NCBI RefSeq assembly: GCF_001194135.2
Contig: NC_068988.1
Location: 39,670,386 to 39,734,385, forward strand
Source: Octopus bimaculoides
Lineage: Eukaryota
Direction of reading: 5' to 3'
Length of the DNA: 64,000 nucleotides
The number at the start of each line of letters is the position of its first letter. Within the stretch, counting starts at the first letter, position 1. A program made the translations under genes and the position numbers. The notes beneath the pieces are model-generated. The model made no database searches, had not been told where the DNA came from, and was given only the letters and a program-made list of their open reading frames with translations. Of this stretch, positions 14,681 to 28,261 are shown piece after piece.

Positions 14681-15758
14681 TAACTAGAGAAAATAAAAGA
14701 TAAAAATAACTGCCACATCATCTGCTAAATTTATGATTTCATTCAAAAGGATGTTATTGCTTTCTTTTCTATTCACTACAGTTACACAATAATTCATACA
14801 TGTTTAAGCACATTTAGACGCCGATACAGTACACGTAAATTGCCAGGGAGCAGAGACAAAATTCTGATTTCTGTTTTATAGGAATAAACTCAACTGAATT
14901 GAATCTGTTGCATTAATTTACACGATACCCAATGAAGTAGCTTCGAATCACAAAAGGAGCCGCATGAAATGTTTCTAATTAATATCTAAATTATTTAGTC
15001 TACGGTAGGAAAACAGACGAAATTATCCTACAAATGGAAATTGGGATCAAATAATTGTAGTAAAGTGGGCTGTGTTAAAATCACTCGAGGACCAGGTAGA
15101 CAGTGTTAAACAACCTTACGGATTAAATCTATTAATAAAGAACTAAAACAGTCATTCTGAATTGCTTACAGAGACTTTTCATCTAAGAGATTTTACTCAC
15201 AGCAGAAGTCATATGTACTCGTATTACAAACTTGAGTCTAAAAAAAAAAAAAAAAAAAAGAATGATAGTTTGGATAATGTAATCCTAGATATATTCTGTC
15301 TGAAACAAAAAGACAGGTTGGCCACGGCTGAAATGCTTTTGATATTATGACATCATGTTAACTAAAACAGCAACAGTATAAAGGCAATAGAAACAAAGCT
15401 TCTAAGCAATGCAAAAACTCGTTTGACGTAAACATTCTTACAGACACCGCACGTTTATTTTACACCAAAGACATACCCATGTTCGTATTTACAAGGAGTA
15501 CGTTTACAGATGTAAAAAATATCAGTGGTATAAAAAGCAAGAGGGGAAGAAATAGATCGTAGCAAATATATGTGTTGGATAAGTAATAAGTAATGCATTA
15601 TATCTGAAACTGAATCTTTACTTCTACATTTATTATTGTTTGAGAACTGAACATGAGTAAAGACATTCTAAATATGACTACCCACATTTCTTGAAAGTTC
15701 GAGTCAACTTTTTTTTTTTATATGCCTCGACTCTTCTCAGACATACATTATGGTGGCA

Positions 15759-16305
15759 CAGGATGGAGCAGAGAAGAGGGACGTTTTTGAAAAATTCGCA
15801 AAATCATTAACTTTTAGATGCAAACAAATTTTCTCGACATCAATGTATTTGTATTGAATTAGCATTTGTCAAAATCAAGTGTAAAAAACAACAGCCATCA
15901 TGTGGTGTCCGTTTTCATTGGTGCATTTCTGAAGGCGTTTTTGGAAGTTGGCCTCCAGTATCTCCAGCATTGCTATGTCGAGAGGGGCGAGTTACATGCG
16001 AATAACTACCTGTAAATCATCCAGTGTACGGGGCTTATGCGCATATACACGTAACTCAAGGTTTCCCCACAATAAATAACAACACATAAACAAATCAGGC
16101 AAAGGAATGTCAGCAAACCTAGAAATGAGGCGGTCACCGAAAAGAGGGCGAAGAACATCTATTGATGCTTTGGATGTATGGGTCGTCGCCCCATGCTGCT
16201 GAAACCACACACGTTGAATAGGCATACGTTTTTGTTGTAATTCAGACACAAGGAAGTTGTTTATCATCTCGATGGAAAGCTCAGAGTATTTCCATTATTG
16301 TCTTC
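15759..16305 (-). mobile_element. Tc1/mariner (maT/rosa-like) transposase 3' fragment with one TIR
   Basis: WFQQHGATTHTSKASIDVLRPLFGDRLISRFADIP..LWGNLELRVYAHKPRTLDDL; TIR ACAGGATGGAGCAGAGAAGAGGGACGTTTTTGAAA at 15759. Confidence 0.85.
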
Positions 16306-16314
16306 AAAATACAT

Positions 16315-16442
16315 TTCACTCAAATCGTCTCACAAGGCTTTGGTCGGCCTGAGGCCATAGTAGAAAACATTAGCTCAACATGCCACGCAGTGGGACTGAA
16401 CCCGCAACCATGTGATTGATAAGCAAGCTACTTACCACGCAC
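16315..16442 (-). mobile_element. SINE family B head
   Basis: CTCACAAGGCTTTGGTCGGCCTGAGGCCATAGTAGAA..GGGACTGAACCCGCAACCATGTG. Confidence 0.8.
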
Positions 16443-17414
16443 GCACACACGCACATATTAATGTTCATTTATAATAAAAATAATTTTACATTAATCTGAT
16501 GGGTTACTTTATACATTTGTAGAGTGCATATTTATGGTTCTTATACAAGAAGCCAACGATGGTTTAATTGGCCGAAACTTCGAAGTCACTGTCAGCAACA
16601 GTCTTGTATGACTATCTATCTGTCAGTATGCATGTATGTATGTATATATTGTTTAGTAATATATATTCAGTTGAATTTTTCTTTTACATATACAATATTG
16701 ATGAATACTGTAATTGTGCCAGCAAAATGATTTACTACTCTGTATGTGAAATATTCTTAATGGTAAATGTTAATTCCAACAGCCGTGAGTAATAGAAATA
16801 GTTAATGTCAGTAGAATGCTATAATTTATTGTCGTTTTGTTTCCTAAATGACTTCATCAGTCGGTGAATTGTAAGAGTTGTTCACGATTTGACAAAATGT
16901 GGCATTGTACTTGTTCCGATTCGTTATTTTCTGGGTACAAATCCCGCCATAGCCTACTTTGGTTGTAAACTCAATCCGTTACCCGTTAAAACACTGCGCT
17001 CTAATTCTTTTGGTGCCTTTAACAGAGTTATCTGTGTTGCAAACATAAATATCTGCTATAACGGATTGTAGATTTTACAGTCCCTAATATTTAAAAGACT
17101 TACAAAAAAAAAAAAAAAAAAAAAATTAAGACATTGTGTTGAAACTGAAAAAGCCATTCTCCATATAACTGTATTAACAACAGCAGTAGCAATAGCAGGA
17201 ATAAACCAGGACTCCTGTACATGATCGCATAATTTCCTAGAAATATTAATGAAATTTCGCTTAAGCCGCAACACAACGCCTTAAATAACGTAGGATATAA
17301 GGGCAATGTCATGTGTGATATATAAAGTGATGTGAAGATTATGTCTGAAACACCTTAACTCATAGGGTTCCGACGCCAAGTATATTCTACTAAACAACAT
17401 TGCAACAGCAGTAC

Positions 17415-18205
17415 CTTTTACTCTTTTATCTTCCACTTGTTTCAGTCATTGGACTGCGGCAATGCTGGGGCAACGCCTTGAACAATTTGTTTTAGTCGAA
17501 TGAATCGACCCCAGTATTAATGTTTTTTTATTTGATAAGTCTGGTACTTATTCTATCGGTCTCTTTTGCCGAACCGCTTAGATACGGGAAAGTAAACACA
17601 CCAGCATCGGTAGTCAAGCGGTGGTTGGGGACAAACACAGACACATACACACACACACACACACATAAACGCACACACACGCGCACATACGTATGTATGT
17701 ATGTATGTATGTATGTATGTATGTATGTATGNNNNNNNNNNNNNNNNNNNNNNNNNNNNNNNNNNNNNNNNNNNNNNNNNNNNNNNNNNNNNNNNNNNNN
17801 NNNNNNNNNNNNNNNNNNNNNNNNNNNNNNNNNNNNNNNNNNNNNNNNNNNNNNNNNNNNNNNNNNNNNNNNNNNNNNNNNNNNNNNNNNNNNNNNNNNN
17901 NNNNNNNNNNNNNNNNNNNNNNNNNNNNNNNNNNNNNNNNNNNNNNNNNNNNNNNNNNNNNNNNNNNNNNNNNNNNNNNNNNNNNNNNNNNNNNNNNNNN
18001 NNNNNNNNNNNNNNNNNNNNNNNNNNATATATGAATATGTACGACGGGCTTCTTTAAGTTTCCGTCTACTAAATCCACTCAGAAGGCTTTGGTCAGCCTG
18101 AGGCTATAGTAGTAGACACTTACCCAAGGTGCCCCGCAGTTGGATTAAACCCGGAACCATGTGGTTTCTAAGCAAACTTCTTACCATACTGCCACGCTTA
18201 CGCCT
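17415..18205 (-). mobile_element. Composite SINE family B copy spanning an N-gap
   Basis: 3' module at 17415-17640, microsatellite and gap, head at 18038-18205. Confidence 0.8.
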
Positions 18206-18744
18206 ATTAGATTTTTTTTTAAAGATGAGATTGGACAATGATACTTCGGCGTATATAATTGTAAAATGAAACAAAAATAAAAAAAAAAAGAAATAGTAAA
18301 AACAGAAAGGAAAAATGACAACGGGATGGGTAGCGTTAGAATACCTTTGATCATGTATTTGATCAATCAGATCTAGCTTCGAGTGAAAAAATAACAACCA
18401 CAACAACAATGACAAAAAGAAACACAACAAAAACAAAGACATCGAAACGAAATCCTCAACAACAACGTGATCTATACAAACAGGAATGGTAAATAGCCGT
18501 AACAATAGAATTTAACGGCAATAAAAGCTAAACAGCTTCCATGTTGTTGTATTCTCTTAAAAGCGTGTTAACAGGTGAATAAACTTAAATGGTTTGGATA
18601 AAGTGATAGGAAGGGGCGAAGTTGGGTAGGATCGGAGGAAACGGTAAATTATGGCAATGATATAGTGGAATAACCGAAGGTGTGTTTTTTTATGTTTATT
18701 GTAGCAATAGTGTCGATATTGGATGGGCAACAAACATGGTATAT

Positions 18745-18745
18745 T

Positions 18746-18798
<53 letters not shown>

Positions 18799-18802
18799 AT
18801 AA

Positions 18803-18835
<33 letters not shown>

Positions 18836-19075
18836 CAGTAGTGGTGGTGGTGGTGGTGGTAGTAGCAGTATTAGTCGTGGTAGTGGTAGAACTGGTGGTG
18901 GTGACAGTACTGTTGCTGGTGATGATATTATAGTAGTAGATGTAGTAGTAGTAGCAGCAGTAGTAGTAGTGGTCGTGGTAGTAGTAGTAGCAGCAGCATA
19001 GTAATAGTGGTGGGTGATTGTAATAGTAGTAGTAGTAGTAGTAGTGCTGGTGACAGGGGTTTGTGGTGGTGGTCA
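18745..19075. repeat. Compound (GTA)n/(GTG)n/(GCA)n trinucleotide tract
   Basis: Direct inspection; explains the poly-V/S/T/Y ORFs. Confidence 0.95.
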
Positions 19076-19238
19076 TTGTTACGACTATAATTTGGTTTTA
19101 AATAAAACTTCCGCTAATGATAACCAATGATGACTTAAACCATTATTATTATGAACAAATTAACGTTCGATATAAGATCAGGACAATGAAAAACGATCAT
19201 GATGGTCACGATAAAGCTGATGATGTGTGTGTATGTAA

Positions 19239-19324
<86 letters not shown>

Positions 19325-19577
19325 GTTTTAGAATATATGAGAATTTTTGCGCGAATAAAGATGTAAGAAACGAGCAAGATATTAAAAGGAAGGATAAAAT
19401 AGAAACACTTATAATGTGTATGTGTGGGGAAATTATAGTTTATCGATATAACAATGAAAGATGGTGTTATGTTATTGATCCCCAGGCCAGCCTTGAATAT
19501 AATAAAAGGCAAAGCAACCATGACAATGCTGTCTATTTAGATATAAACAATGACCCTTGGACTTCTCCGGATTTGTA

Positions 19578-19742
19578 CGCACAGGCGTGGCTGTGAGGCA
19601 AGAAGCCTTTTTCTCAATCACATAGTTCTAGGTTTAGTCTCATTGTGTGTCACCTTCGGCGTGTGTCTTCTATTGCAATCTCAAGTTGACTAAAGCCTTG
19701 TGAGTAGATACGGTAGACAAATACTGAAAGAAACCCACCGTA
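19578..19742 (+). mobile_element. SINE family B head
   Basis: CAGGCGTGGCTGTG..AAAGCCTTGTGAGTAG..CTGAAAGAAACCC. Confidence 0.75.
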
Positions 19743-19764
19743 TATATATATATATATAATTTAT

Positions 19765-20075
19765 ATATATATCTGCTGAGACCCACTTCGGTCAAGAATG
19801 ACCATGGGATTGCACCTAGAAAGTTACCCTCCGAGGCAAAAGTCCGGGCAAAGTTGTTTGTGGAAGGGGCTAGCAGTCGCCCATGCATACCGGCCTCCCC
19901 TCTCCCTGCCACCGATGTTATCCAAGGAAAGGGCAAAGGAGCCGATACAGCTTGGCACCAGTAACGTCGCAACACATTTGTACAGCTGAGTGAACTGGAG
20001 CAACGTGAAATACAGTGTCTTGCTCCAGAACACAACACGCAGCCCGGTCCGGGATTCGAACTCACCCCCTTGTGA
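19765..20075 (-). mobile_element. SINE family C copy
   Basis: Minus strand B-box GAGTTCGAATCCC followed by the conserved core GCAAGACACT..TTCACGTTGCTCCAGTTCACTCAGCTGT. Confidence 0.8.
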
Positions 20076-20119
20076 TCGCAACGATGATGATAATAGAATA
20101 GCAAGTGTTAGTGATGATA

Positions 20120-20156
<37 letters not shown>

Positions 20157-20339
20157 CGACAACAACGCTGTTAATGATGGAGATTAACGTAAGTATGTTC
20201 TAAATCTTTGTTGTATTATTTAACATAGAATTATAAGAACCGTTGCGTGGAGGCACTTACGCGTATGTGTGTATGTATGTGTGTGTGCACTTATATGTAA
20301 GATAGATATGGTATGCATATGATTGTAGTTTTGTAAGCT

Positions 20340-20383
<44 letters not shown>

Positions 20384-21421
20384 TGTGTGCGTATGTATGT
20401 GCGTGTGTTTGGGATAAATTGTAAGAGTGTGCGTTTGTTGTGGAAAAAGTAAATAGTCGAGCAAGAAGAGCTAAGAGCTGCGTGAATATATTTGAAAGAA
20501 TGAATGAAGTTGCTATTTTATCTAGGTACATGTGTACTCAGGTGTATCACCGATAAACGTATGATAATCCATTTTGATATCATGGCATAATGATATGAGA
20601 TGTTTTGGTGTTCATACATTTCCCAATAACAGTAACGCAATAAGTGACCATGCTACCACCAGCAAAAGAATTGTAGTGGTTGATGAGATAACGAGAGAAT
20701 ATCTAAATGGTCGCTGTAGTTGCTCGTAATAGCAGCTAAATTCACCTTAAATATTGTTTTAAAGGATAGGAGTGGCTCATTAGGAATGACAGAATAGGAG
20801 TGACATATGTATTCCATAATACATTATTCTGGAAACGAAAAGGTGTAAGGTTCATAACTGAAATACGTTAATAATAAGTCTGCAAAATCTGGGCAAAATT
20901 TTGACTAATTAACAGGTGAAAATACCAAAAGCAATTTGAATAGAAAATCTACTTCGCCGAGAACGTGGCACATACATCGCAGAGTGGATGTCTTTATTAA
21001 AGAAATCACAGCATGATACATAGGAAGAGAACAAGAAGGGAACATGCAACCGCATACACTCACAGACGCAGACAGAGACTCTCTTTCTCTGTCGATCTGT
21101 CTGCCTCTCTCTCTCTCTCGCACACGTACGCATGCACGCACGCACACACAGAGCCGATACACACAAGCTGAATTGTTTCCAAAGAGGTTAAATTATTTGC
21201 AAGTAGACAGGAATCAAATCTGAACGTTATGACTTTTATGGTTTTCATGCTATGAAATTTGTGGGTTTCGTGCATTTGGCTGTCATAGTGTAAGTAAAGA
21301 GACATAAAATTGAATAGAGGTCGGATGTTAAAATCGTTGGACAACGATTTCCGCTCTTTAGCCTTTTTGTCTATCTATTTGCCTGCCTACTACCTGCCTG
21401 CCTACCTACCTGCCTGCATGC

Positions 21422-21500
<79 letters not shown>

Positions 21501-21564
21501 GCGCATGACCAGTCCACCGACTGGCCTCCTGTATATATACTCGTATATATATCTTTATATAAAC

Positions 21565-21595
<31 letters not shown>

Positions 21596-21666
21596 TCTAT
21601 CTATCTATCTATCTATCTATCTCAGTGCTTGCTCTCTAATACGTAGCTCAATATTATATAGCTACT

Positions 21667-21885
21667 AGGCGGCGAGCTGGCAGAAACGTTAGCACTCTGG
21701 GCGGAATGCTTAACGTTATTTCGTCTGTCTTTACGTTCTGAGTTCAAATTCCGCCGAGGTTGACTTTGCCTGTCATCCTTTCAGGGTCGATAAATTAAGT
21801 ACCAGCTGCATAATGGAGTCAATCAACTCGACTGGCCTCCTGCTCCAAAATTTCGGGCATTGTGTCTACAGTAGAAAAGAATACT
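21667..21885 (+). mobile_element. SINE family A copy (near full length)
   Basis: GGCGGCGAGCTGGCAGAAACGTTAGCAC..GAGTTCAAATTCCGCCGAGGTTGACTTTGCC..GTAGAAAAGAATA. Confidence 0.9.
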
Positions 21886-22187
21886 ATATACCTACTATAT
21901 ACTTATTACGTATGTGCAGGATTTTGTGATTCAAGCTTACGAAGTCGCGGCTTCGATTCTTGAACCGGGCTGCGGTTACATTATTTCCCGCTATTCCAAT
22001 CTAATCAACAAAAAGTGACTACCAATAATATTTGGGAGTTAAAACGCAACTGTCTGCTGTCCTATCAAGAGGGTGTGCCATGTACTTTCAAGTGGCCTAA
22101 AAACCTCGAAATCTAGAACAAGCCGCGCTTATATAATCATGAAATCTTTTGGCAAACTTTAAATTTATAAAGGGACGTCACCTGTAC

Positions 22188-22645
22188 AAGCATGGCTGTG
22201 TAATAAAAAGTTTGCTTTCCATTTACAAGGTTCCAGGTTCGTTCCCACTGAGTAGCATCTTGGGCAAGTGGAATCTTTTATACCTCGTGCCACCATAGCC
22301 TCGTGAATGGATTTGGTAGCTGGAAATTGAAAAAAAACCGTCGTGCATATGCATGCGTGTGTGTGTGTGTGTTTTGTGTACGCGTCTGTGTATGTGTGTG
22401 TAAGTGTATGTGCGTGTATGTGTTTGTGTGTGAGTGTATGCATTTGTGTCTGTGTTTGTCCCCCAACACCGCTTGACAACCGGTGTTGGGATGTTTAATT
22501 TCCCGTAACCTAGCGGTTCGGCGAGACAGAACTACAAAATAAGTATCAGACTCGAAATACTAAATACTGGGGTCATTTCGTTTGACCAAAGTACCTCAAG
22601 TTATTAGACTGCATGACTACAGTCTAATGACTGAAACAAATAAAC
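22188..22645 (+). mobile_element. Composite SINE family B (tRNA-like head + internal microsatellite + 3' module)
   Basis: Head GCATGGCTGTGTAATAAAAAGTTTGCTT..GGTTCGTTCCC..CTTGGGCAAG, then (TG)n, then GTGTTTGTCCCCCAAC..GCTTGACAACC..ATGACTGAAACAAATAAA. Confidence 0.85.
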
Positions 22646-23012
22646 GGTTTATATGTATGTTGATGCACATACATATATACATATAGTGAGAGATTACATC
22701 CTCCAATAGGTTAATGTTTAAAAGGGAGCTTGGTGTGATTTCAGACACACACACACACGCATGCATATGCACGACGGTTTTTTTTCAATTTCCAGCTACC
22801 AAATTCGGCTGACGTAACAATCTGATGAAAGGCTTACAGTCTCATGTTAGACAGCGTCGATGTAAGTCATGTCAAGGCAAAAGAGATAAAACTCATTGCA
22901 GATGAAAATAGACCATGTTGATCTTTAAACTTTCTGGCAGAGTGTCTTAGTTTCTTAGAGTGTGGTGTATATGTACACCACACTTAATTTATTTCTTCAT
23001 ATGAATACTCAC

Positions 23013-23112
23013 TTAAAAATGTGGTGCTGGGTACCGTTGGGTACACAACGGCACAAAGAGCAAAGAGCACAGCCACTAATTCTAATGAAGTCTCACTAGA
23101 GATCGTCATCAT
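23013..23112 (-). CDS. Candidate first coding exon with a signal-peptide/TM-like sequence
   Basis: AAA-ATG context; reads MMTISSETSLELVAVLFALCAVVYPTVPSTTFL + 1 nt; consensus donor AA|GTGAGTAT at 23012; the other two frames are closed. No downstream exon confirmed. Confidence 0.45.
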
Positions 23113-23609
23113 TTTCTGTTTATCCAACGGTGTCTTTAAGAATCAATCAACTAAATGGCATTTAATGAACAGAAGATTTTTTTCTTTTATTTAATTTAAT
23201 TTTACTCTTTGATTATCTACATCAACGAAACTCAACCGCAAAATCTTATGGGCTAGGATCGGTTTCCATGCGAAATATAAAGAACCAAAAAGATCTGAAA
23301 TGAAAATTTTTCGGAACCTCCGAATGGATTTCCAGTTCGTCGATGGTACTGCTAAATTCCAGTATGTATTGTAACATAAGAAAGAATACGTAAATGTAAT
23401 CCAAGATACTCGTTGCCTAAAAAAAATATGGTGAGTATGATGATGCTCCAGAACGTTTTTGGTTATAGATACATAAGTTGAGGCTTTCTATGGTATATAA
23501 TGACAAGTTGTTTCGGAAATATGTCCTCTAACCTATAATTTATTGTTGCGGATTTATCATACACATCTTTCTTCCGCTGCGCATGCTGTATGTTTGAGGG
23601 ATCTTCTAC

Positions 23610-23800
23610 ATAAGCCTCGCGACCTGCTAGAAATAGCAGCTAAATCCATTTTAAATCACTATGTACAAAATTCATTTATAAATAAAATCATGAGGTGTAT
23701 ATTGCTATGTTTAGCAAAGTGAAATGATTACAGCGGTATGAATGCCTTTGATCAGACTTCAGCTCATTCAGATCTCACCTGAAGTTAAACAATGGCAGTA
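23610..23800 (+). repeat. Dispersed repeat family E (other diverged copies near 15250, 18300, 19460, 20700, 23880, 30260, 35250, 35450, 37250, 45865, 48445)
   Basis: Recurrent GACCTGCTAGAAATAGCAGC(C/T)AAAT..ATGCCTTTGATCA..CCTGGGG.TAAACAACA motifs. Confidence 0.7.
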
Positions 23801-25554
23801 ACATTCTGTACAGTACCAAGCCAACAGGAAAGATTCAATGGGATTATCACATTATAAAAAAAATAAAAAATGACAGTTCAAATCTCTTGAAATCATACTT
23901 TATAGTCTTAAAAAACGAATGAATAATACATGGGTAAAAAATGCGAGTTGGTCGCGGTCGGAATGCCCTAGCAAGATTGAAATGTTTGTACAAAACAAGT
24001 TGCACACTGCTTTTGCTCTGTAAGAGGTTTCTATAGAAGTAATCTGTCTCAAACTTAAACCACTGGAAATAAAGATAGATGTGTTTTCAGCGAGTATTAA
24101 ATTAGCGTCAGTTTCATATCGTAGCGACTTAGGTTAAATATGGCACCGAACATTAAGTAGTAGATAAGGGATTATTTTGGTTCCTTTATTCGCCAAGAAA
24201 GAGTAATATATTAACGAAATTCTACAGCAAAATCTCTTCGGCGAATATAGATTTTTGGATGAAATATAAACATTTTTTTATAGATTTTGTTACTAACGTT
24301 TTATTATATTATGCATGTGTGTGTATGTATGTATATAGGTATGTAAAAAGGCGCATAGGTAGACAATTGGTAGATAGATAGATAGATAGATACAAAAACT
24401 GATTGATAGAAGGATATATAGAGAGGTAGACGGACTGATTTATATATATATATATNNNNNNNNNNNNNNNNNNNNNNNNNNNNNNNNNNNNNNNNNNNNN
24501 NNNNNNNNNNNNNNNNNNNNNNNNNNNNNNNNNNNNNNNNNNNNNNNNNNNNNNNNNNNNNNNNNNNNNNNNNNNNNNNNNNNNNNNNNNNNNNNNNNNN
24601 NNNNNNNNNNNNNNNNNNNNNNNNNNNNNNNNNNNNNNNNNNNNNNNNNNNNNNNNNNNNNNNNNNNNNNNNNNNNNNNNNNNNNNNNNNNNNNNNNNNN
24701 NNNNNNNNNNNNNNNNNNNNNNNNNNNNNNNNNNNNNNNNNNNNNNNNNNNNNNNNNNNNNNNNNNNNNNNNNNNNNNNNNNNNNNNNNNNNNNNNNNNN
24801 NNNNNNNNNNNNNNNNNNNNNNNNNNNNNNNNNNNNNNNNNNNNNNNNNNNNNNNNNNNNNNNNNNNNNNNNNNNNNNNNNNNNNNNNNNNNNNNNNNNN
24901 NNNNNNNNNNNNNNNNNNNNNNNNNNNNNNNNNNNNNNNNNNNNNNNNNNNNNNNNNNNNNNNNNNNNNNNNNNNNNNNNNNNNNNNNNNNNNNNNNNNN
25001 NNNNNNNNNNNNNNNNNNNNNNNNNNNNNNNNNNNNNNNNNNNNNNNNNNNNNNNNNNNNNNNNNNNNNNNNNNNNNNNNNNNNNNNNNNNNNNNNNNNN
25101 NNNNNNNNNNNNNNNNNNNNNNNNNNNTATATAAGTTATAGGTATATATATATACACACACACACACGCACACACACACACACACACACCCACACACACA
25201 CAAAACAGTTGTATGTTACAGATTTGATGCTTTATCACAGAAACATTGCTCTCGCTAACTCAAAGCTCTTAGGATATATATATATATATATATATATCCT
25301 AAGTGTTAGTATAGATATATAAGTATATATATAGATATTAAGGTAGTTATGTGACAAGTAATACTAAACATTCGTTGCGGATGAACATAGTAGTGGTAGT
25401 AGATTAGACTGACTATATTGCCACAAACATCTCATATATCTATTTCTCTTTATATGTCCCTATCTATTTCTGCATGTCTGTATGTATATATCTGTCTCTC
25501 TATCCTTCAACATATACGCATATACCTACAAACAAGTGCACACTAATATACATT

Positions 25555-26335
25555 GTGTTGGACGAAAGTACCTCTTAGATTTTTAAGCGAAAACATCACG
25601 CAATTTCAAACGTAAAGCGATTTTTTTAATCAATGATATAATTACCGTGTCGTTCTAATATCCGTTGCTAACTTGGGGGTTCATTTTTCTCTCCTCAAAG
25701 ATTTTCTTGTTTTTACTGGCGAAAAACACTTTCAGATGAATTTTTACACCCCCTTTAGAGTTGAAGGCCTGTCTATTCACTGAAATTTAAAGAGACCGAA
25801 ACAAGTGGGAAGCTCAAGGTGCAAGGTCGGGCGAATATGGAGAGTTTTTCAGCCAAATAATGCTAAATTTTGCCGTGTGTGGTAAAAGTGTGCGGTGTGG
25901 CATTGATGTGGGGAAAGACAATGCCCTTCACAATCAACAACTGCTTGCGGCTTCGGGAGATATCTGCGCTAAATTTATCCAACTGGTCACAGTACACATC
26001 CGAACTAATAATCCTTCCGTATGAAGAAGCTCGTAAAAGACAGACCACTTCCAATTCACCAAACTGAATGCATGATCTTCTTCAGGTGAGTTTCAGTTTC
26101 AGAAGATATTCGTGGCGATTTGCCGATGAAAGGATAAATACGTTTCAGCAGAAGGTCATGCATGGATATGTTGGAAGAAAGCTTTAGGTTGACAGGAACA
26201 CTGATAACCAAGGTACACCAAACTCCTGTTGCACAAAACAGAGATGCAGGAATGATACCGAAATGTGGTAATCGATGCTGAATTTGTACATACAACAGAG
26301 GAGGTATAATTCACATAATAAACAGTTATTCCAAA
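25555..26335 (-). mobile_element. Degenerate mariner (DD34D-type) transposase
   Basis: HLKKIMHSVW..IISSDVYCDQLDK..KGIVFPHINATPHT..PYSPDLAP..HLFRSL..GNYIID*. Confidence 0.8.
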
Positions 26336-27274
26336 AATGACAGTGCATTATTATCTAGCACTGAATCATGATTGGCTAAGCCACTTTGCAATGCGATCCG
26401 TCGGAAGTATAATTCTGAGACCAAAGATATAAGAATCCACCCTCTGGTAAAAAGAACCCATAACTACCCGTAATACGTGAGTACTGGTGAAATGTTCTTG
26501 TGAACATTTCTATAAAATCTAAGCTTAATGTGCCAGATATAATGATTTCAGACTGATGTGGAATAGCGGAATTCAGGTACCCTGGTAAATGTCAATATAA
26601 TGCTAAAGATCAGCGAGAAAGCAAATACCTACGCTGAACTATTTAGAAATTTAGTGATACTCCTCGTAGAGAGCAAGTTTGAATTTGCATATGTAATTGT
26701 TAATGCAATTGTTTACGTAACCAACAGCTTTAGCTCATTCTTGAGAAATTAGGTTTCGAAAAATTAAAAAAAGGAGAAAGATAATTAGTAGCTTCCAGAC
26801 ACCATCCATCAATGGGATTGTAAGAATTATATAAGCTTGCCAAAATTTTTGCATATAAGTATATATCCACATATCCACGCATGCAGCTACTTGTATGAGT
26901 ACACATATAAAAATTAAACATGCAAGCCAGTACATCTCCAGACGTACTGATGTCAAATACTTGTACAAATACATATACAACTTTCTGTTGATGTTGAATT
27001 TCCATCAAAGAGGCATCAGAACTAGATTAAAAAGCGGCTCTTTCTCCATTGGCGAGAAATCTAGAAATAAAACTATATAGTAACATCCATCCAGCCACCT
27101 AACCATACGTACATACATACATGCATGCATACACCCACACATGCATATATACAATCGCATTCACCATACATATATTGTTACATCTGCGTACACACAAACA
27201 CGTGCGCGTGCAAATATAAGTATGTTTGAGTAGAGAAAATGCTAGATTATGATCGAATTCTACTTGATTGTTGG

Positions 27275-27460
27275 GTATATAAAGATATAATTTTGGTTTC
27301 GAATTTTGACAGAAGGCCAGTGCTCAAATGGTACTGACCCGGAAAGGATGGTAGGCAAACTCGACCTCGGTGGAATTTGAACTTGGAACATAAAGGCAGA
27401 CGAAATGTCACTTAGCAACATTTCGTCTGGCACACTGATGAATCTGCCAACTTGCCGCCT
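27275..27460 (-). mobile_element. SINE family A copy
   Basis: Same consensus, inverted. Confidence 0.85.
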
Positions 27461-28261
27461 TATATTAATACGTAATATGCCACCCGGATTAACATTCCTC
27501 ACTTTTGCTGCCTGTGTTAACTTTTGTTAACTAGCAAAGAGAAGCATTTAAAAAAATACTTCCTTTTTTTGAATGAAACGGAAGTGCTCCCTTTCAACAT
27601 CCTCTTTATTTATCATAATTATATATTAGTCTATGTTTCATTAACTTTAATGATGCTATTAAGAAAGTGAAAACTTGAATTTCTTATCCTCATATATTTT
27701 CAAATGGTATAAACGTACTGAATGTTGCCCACATTTTAGATGATGCAAAATCCGTTATTTATTTACTCGGATGAAGTTAATTGGTTTGTAATGGGTAATG
27801 AAAATATAATAGCGGCCAGAAAACTCTTGCTTTATTACTATAGGTAAATATCAATCTAAAAGACATGCTAATGAATAAAACTTTTGTTTTATTACTACAA
27901 GTATATATCAATCAAAAAGACATGCGGATGAATATAGCATGTTCCAGGGCAAAGTTAATCAGGCTATTTAATTAAAAAGCATTAAATTAGATTACCATAT
28001 TTGAAGGTGTATATGGTCTGGACATTTAATTAAATAATCCTTCGTATTAGCAGAGTGGCAAACTAAAATATGACAATTGTATGGCCTTTCTATATCTATT
28101 AGTATGGTGAGTGAAGTTAAATAGATTTCGAGCAGGAATGGAAATCATATTACGGAACTGACTCGTGGGTTAGTCAGAATTTAGTCTTACAGCATTCGTT
28201 ACAAATGTCGTATAAACGATTTCGTCAAGGGCTTCTCATTGGTCATTCCGACCTAAATAGA

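Noticed and set aside
16825-16865. Minus-strand CUGAUGA..GAAAC
   Set aside because: No stem II or stem I pairing.
16985-17055. Phase-1 exon candidate TDIYVCNTDNSVKGTKRIRAQCFNG downstream of the 23-kb signal exon
   Set aside because: The phase fits, but the acceptor and donor are weak and there is no homology; too speculative to list as a feature.
19117-19596. 159-aa ORF
   Set aside because: Built from microsatellites plus an inverted family E repeat.
20610-20745. Hydrophobic minus-strand frame (TILLLVVAWSLIALLLLG)
   Set aside because: Overlaps a family E repeat and has weak splice sites.
22805-22860. CUGAUGA with flanking complementarity
   Set aside because: GAAA is missing; at most a very old relic.
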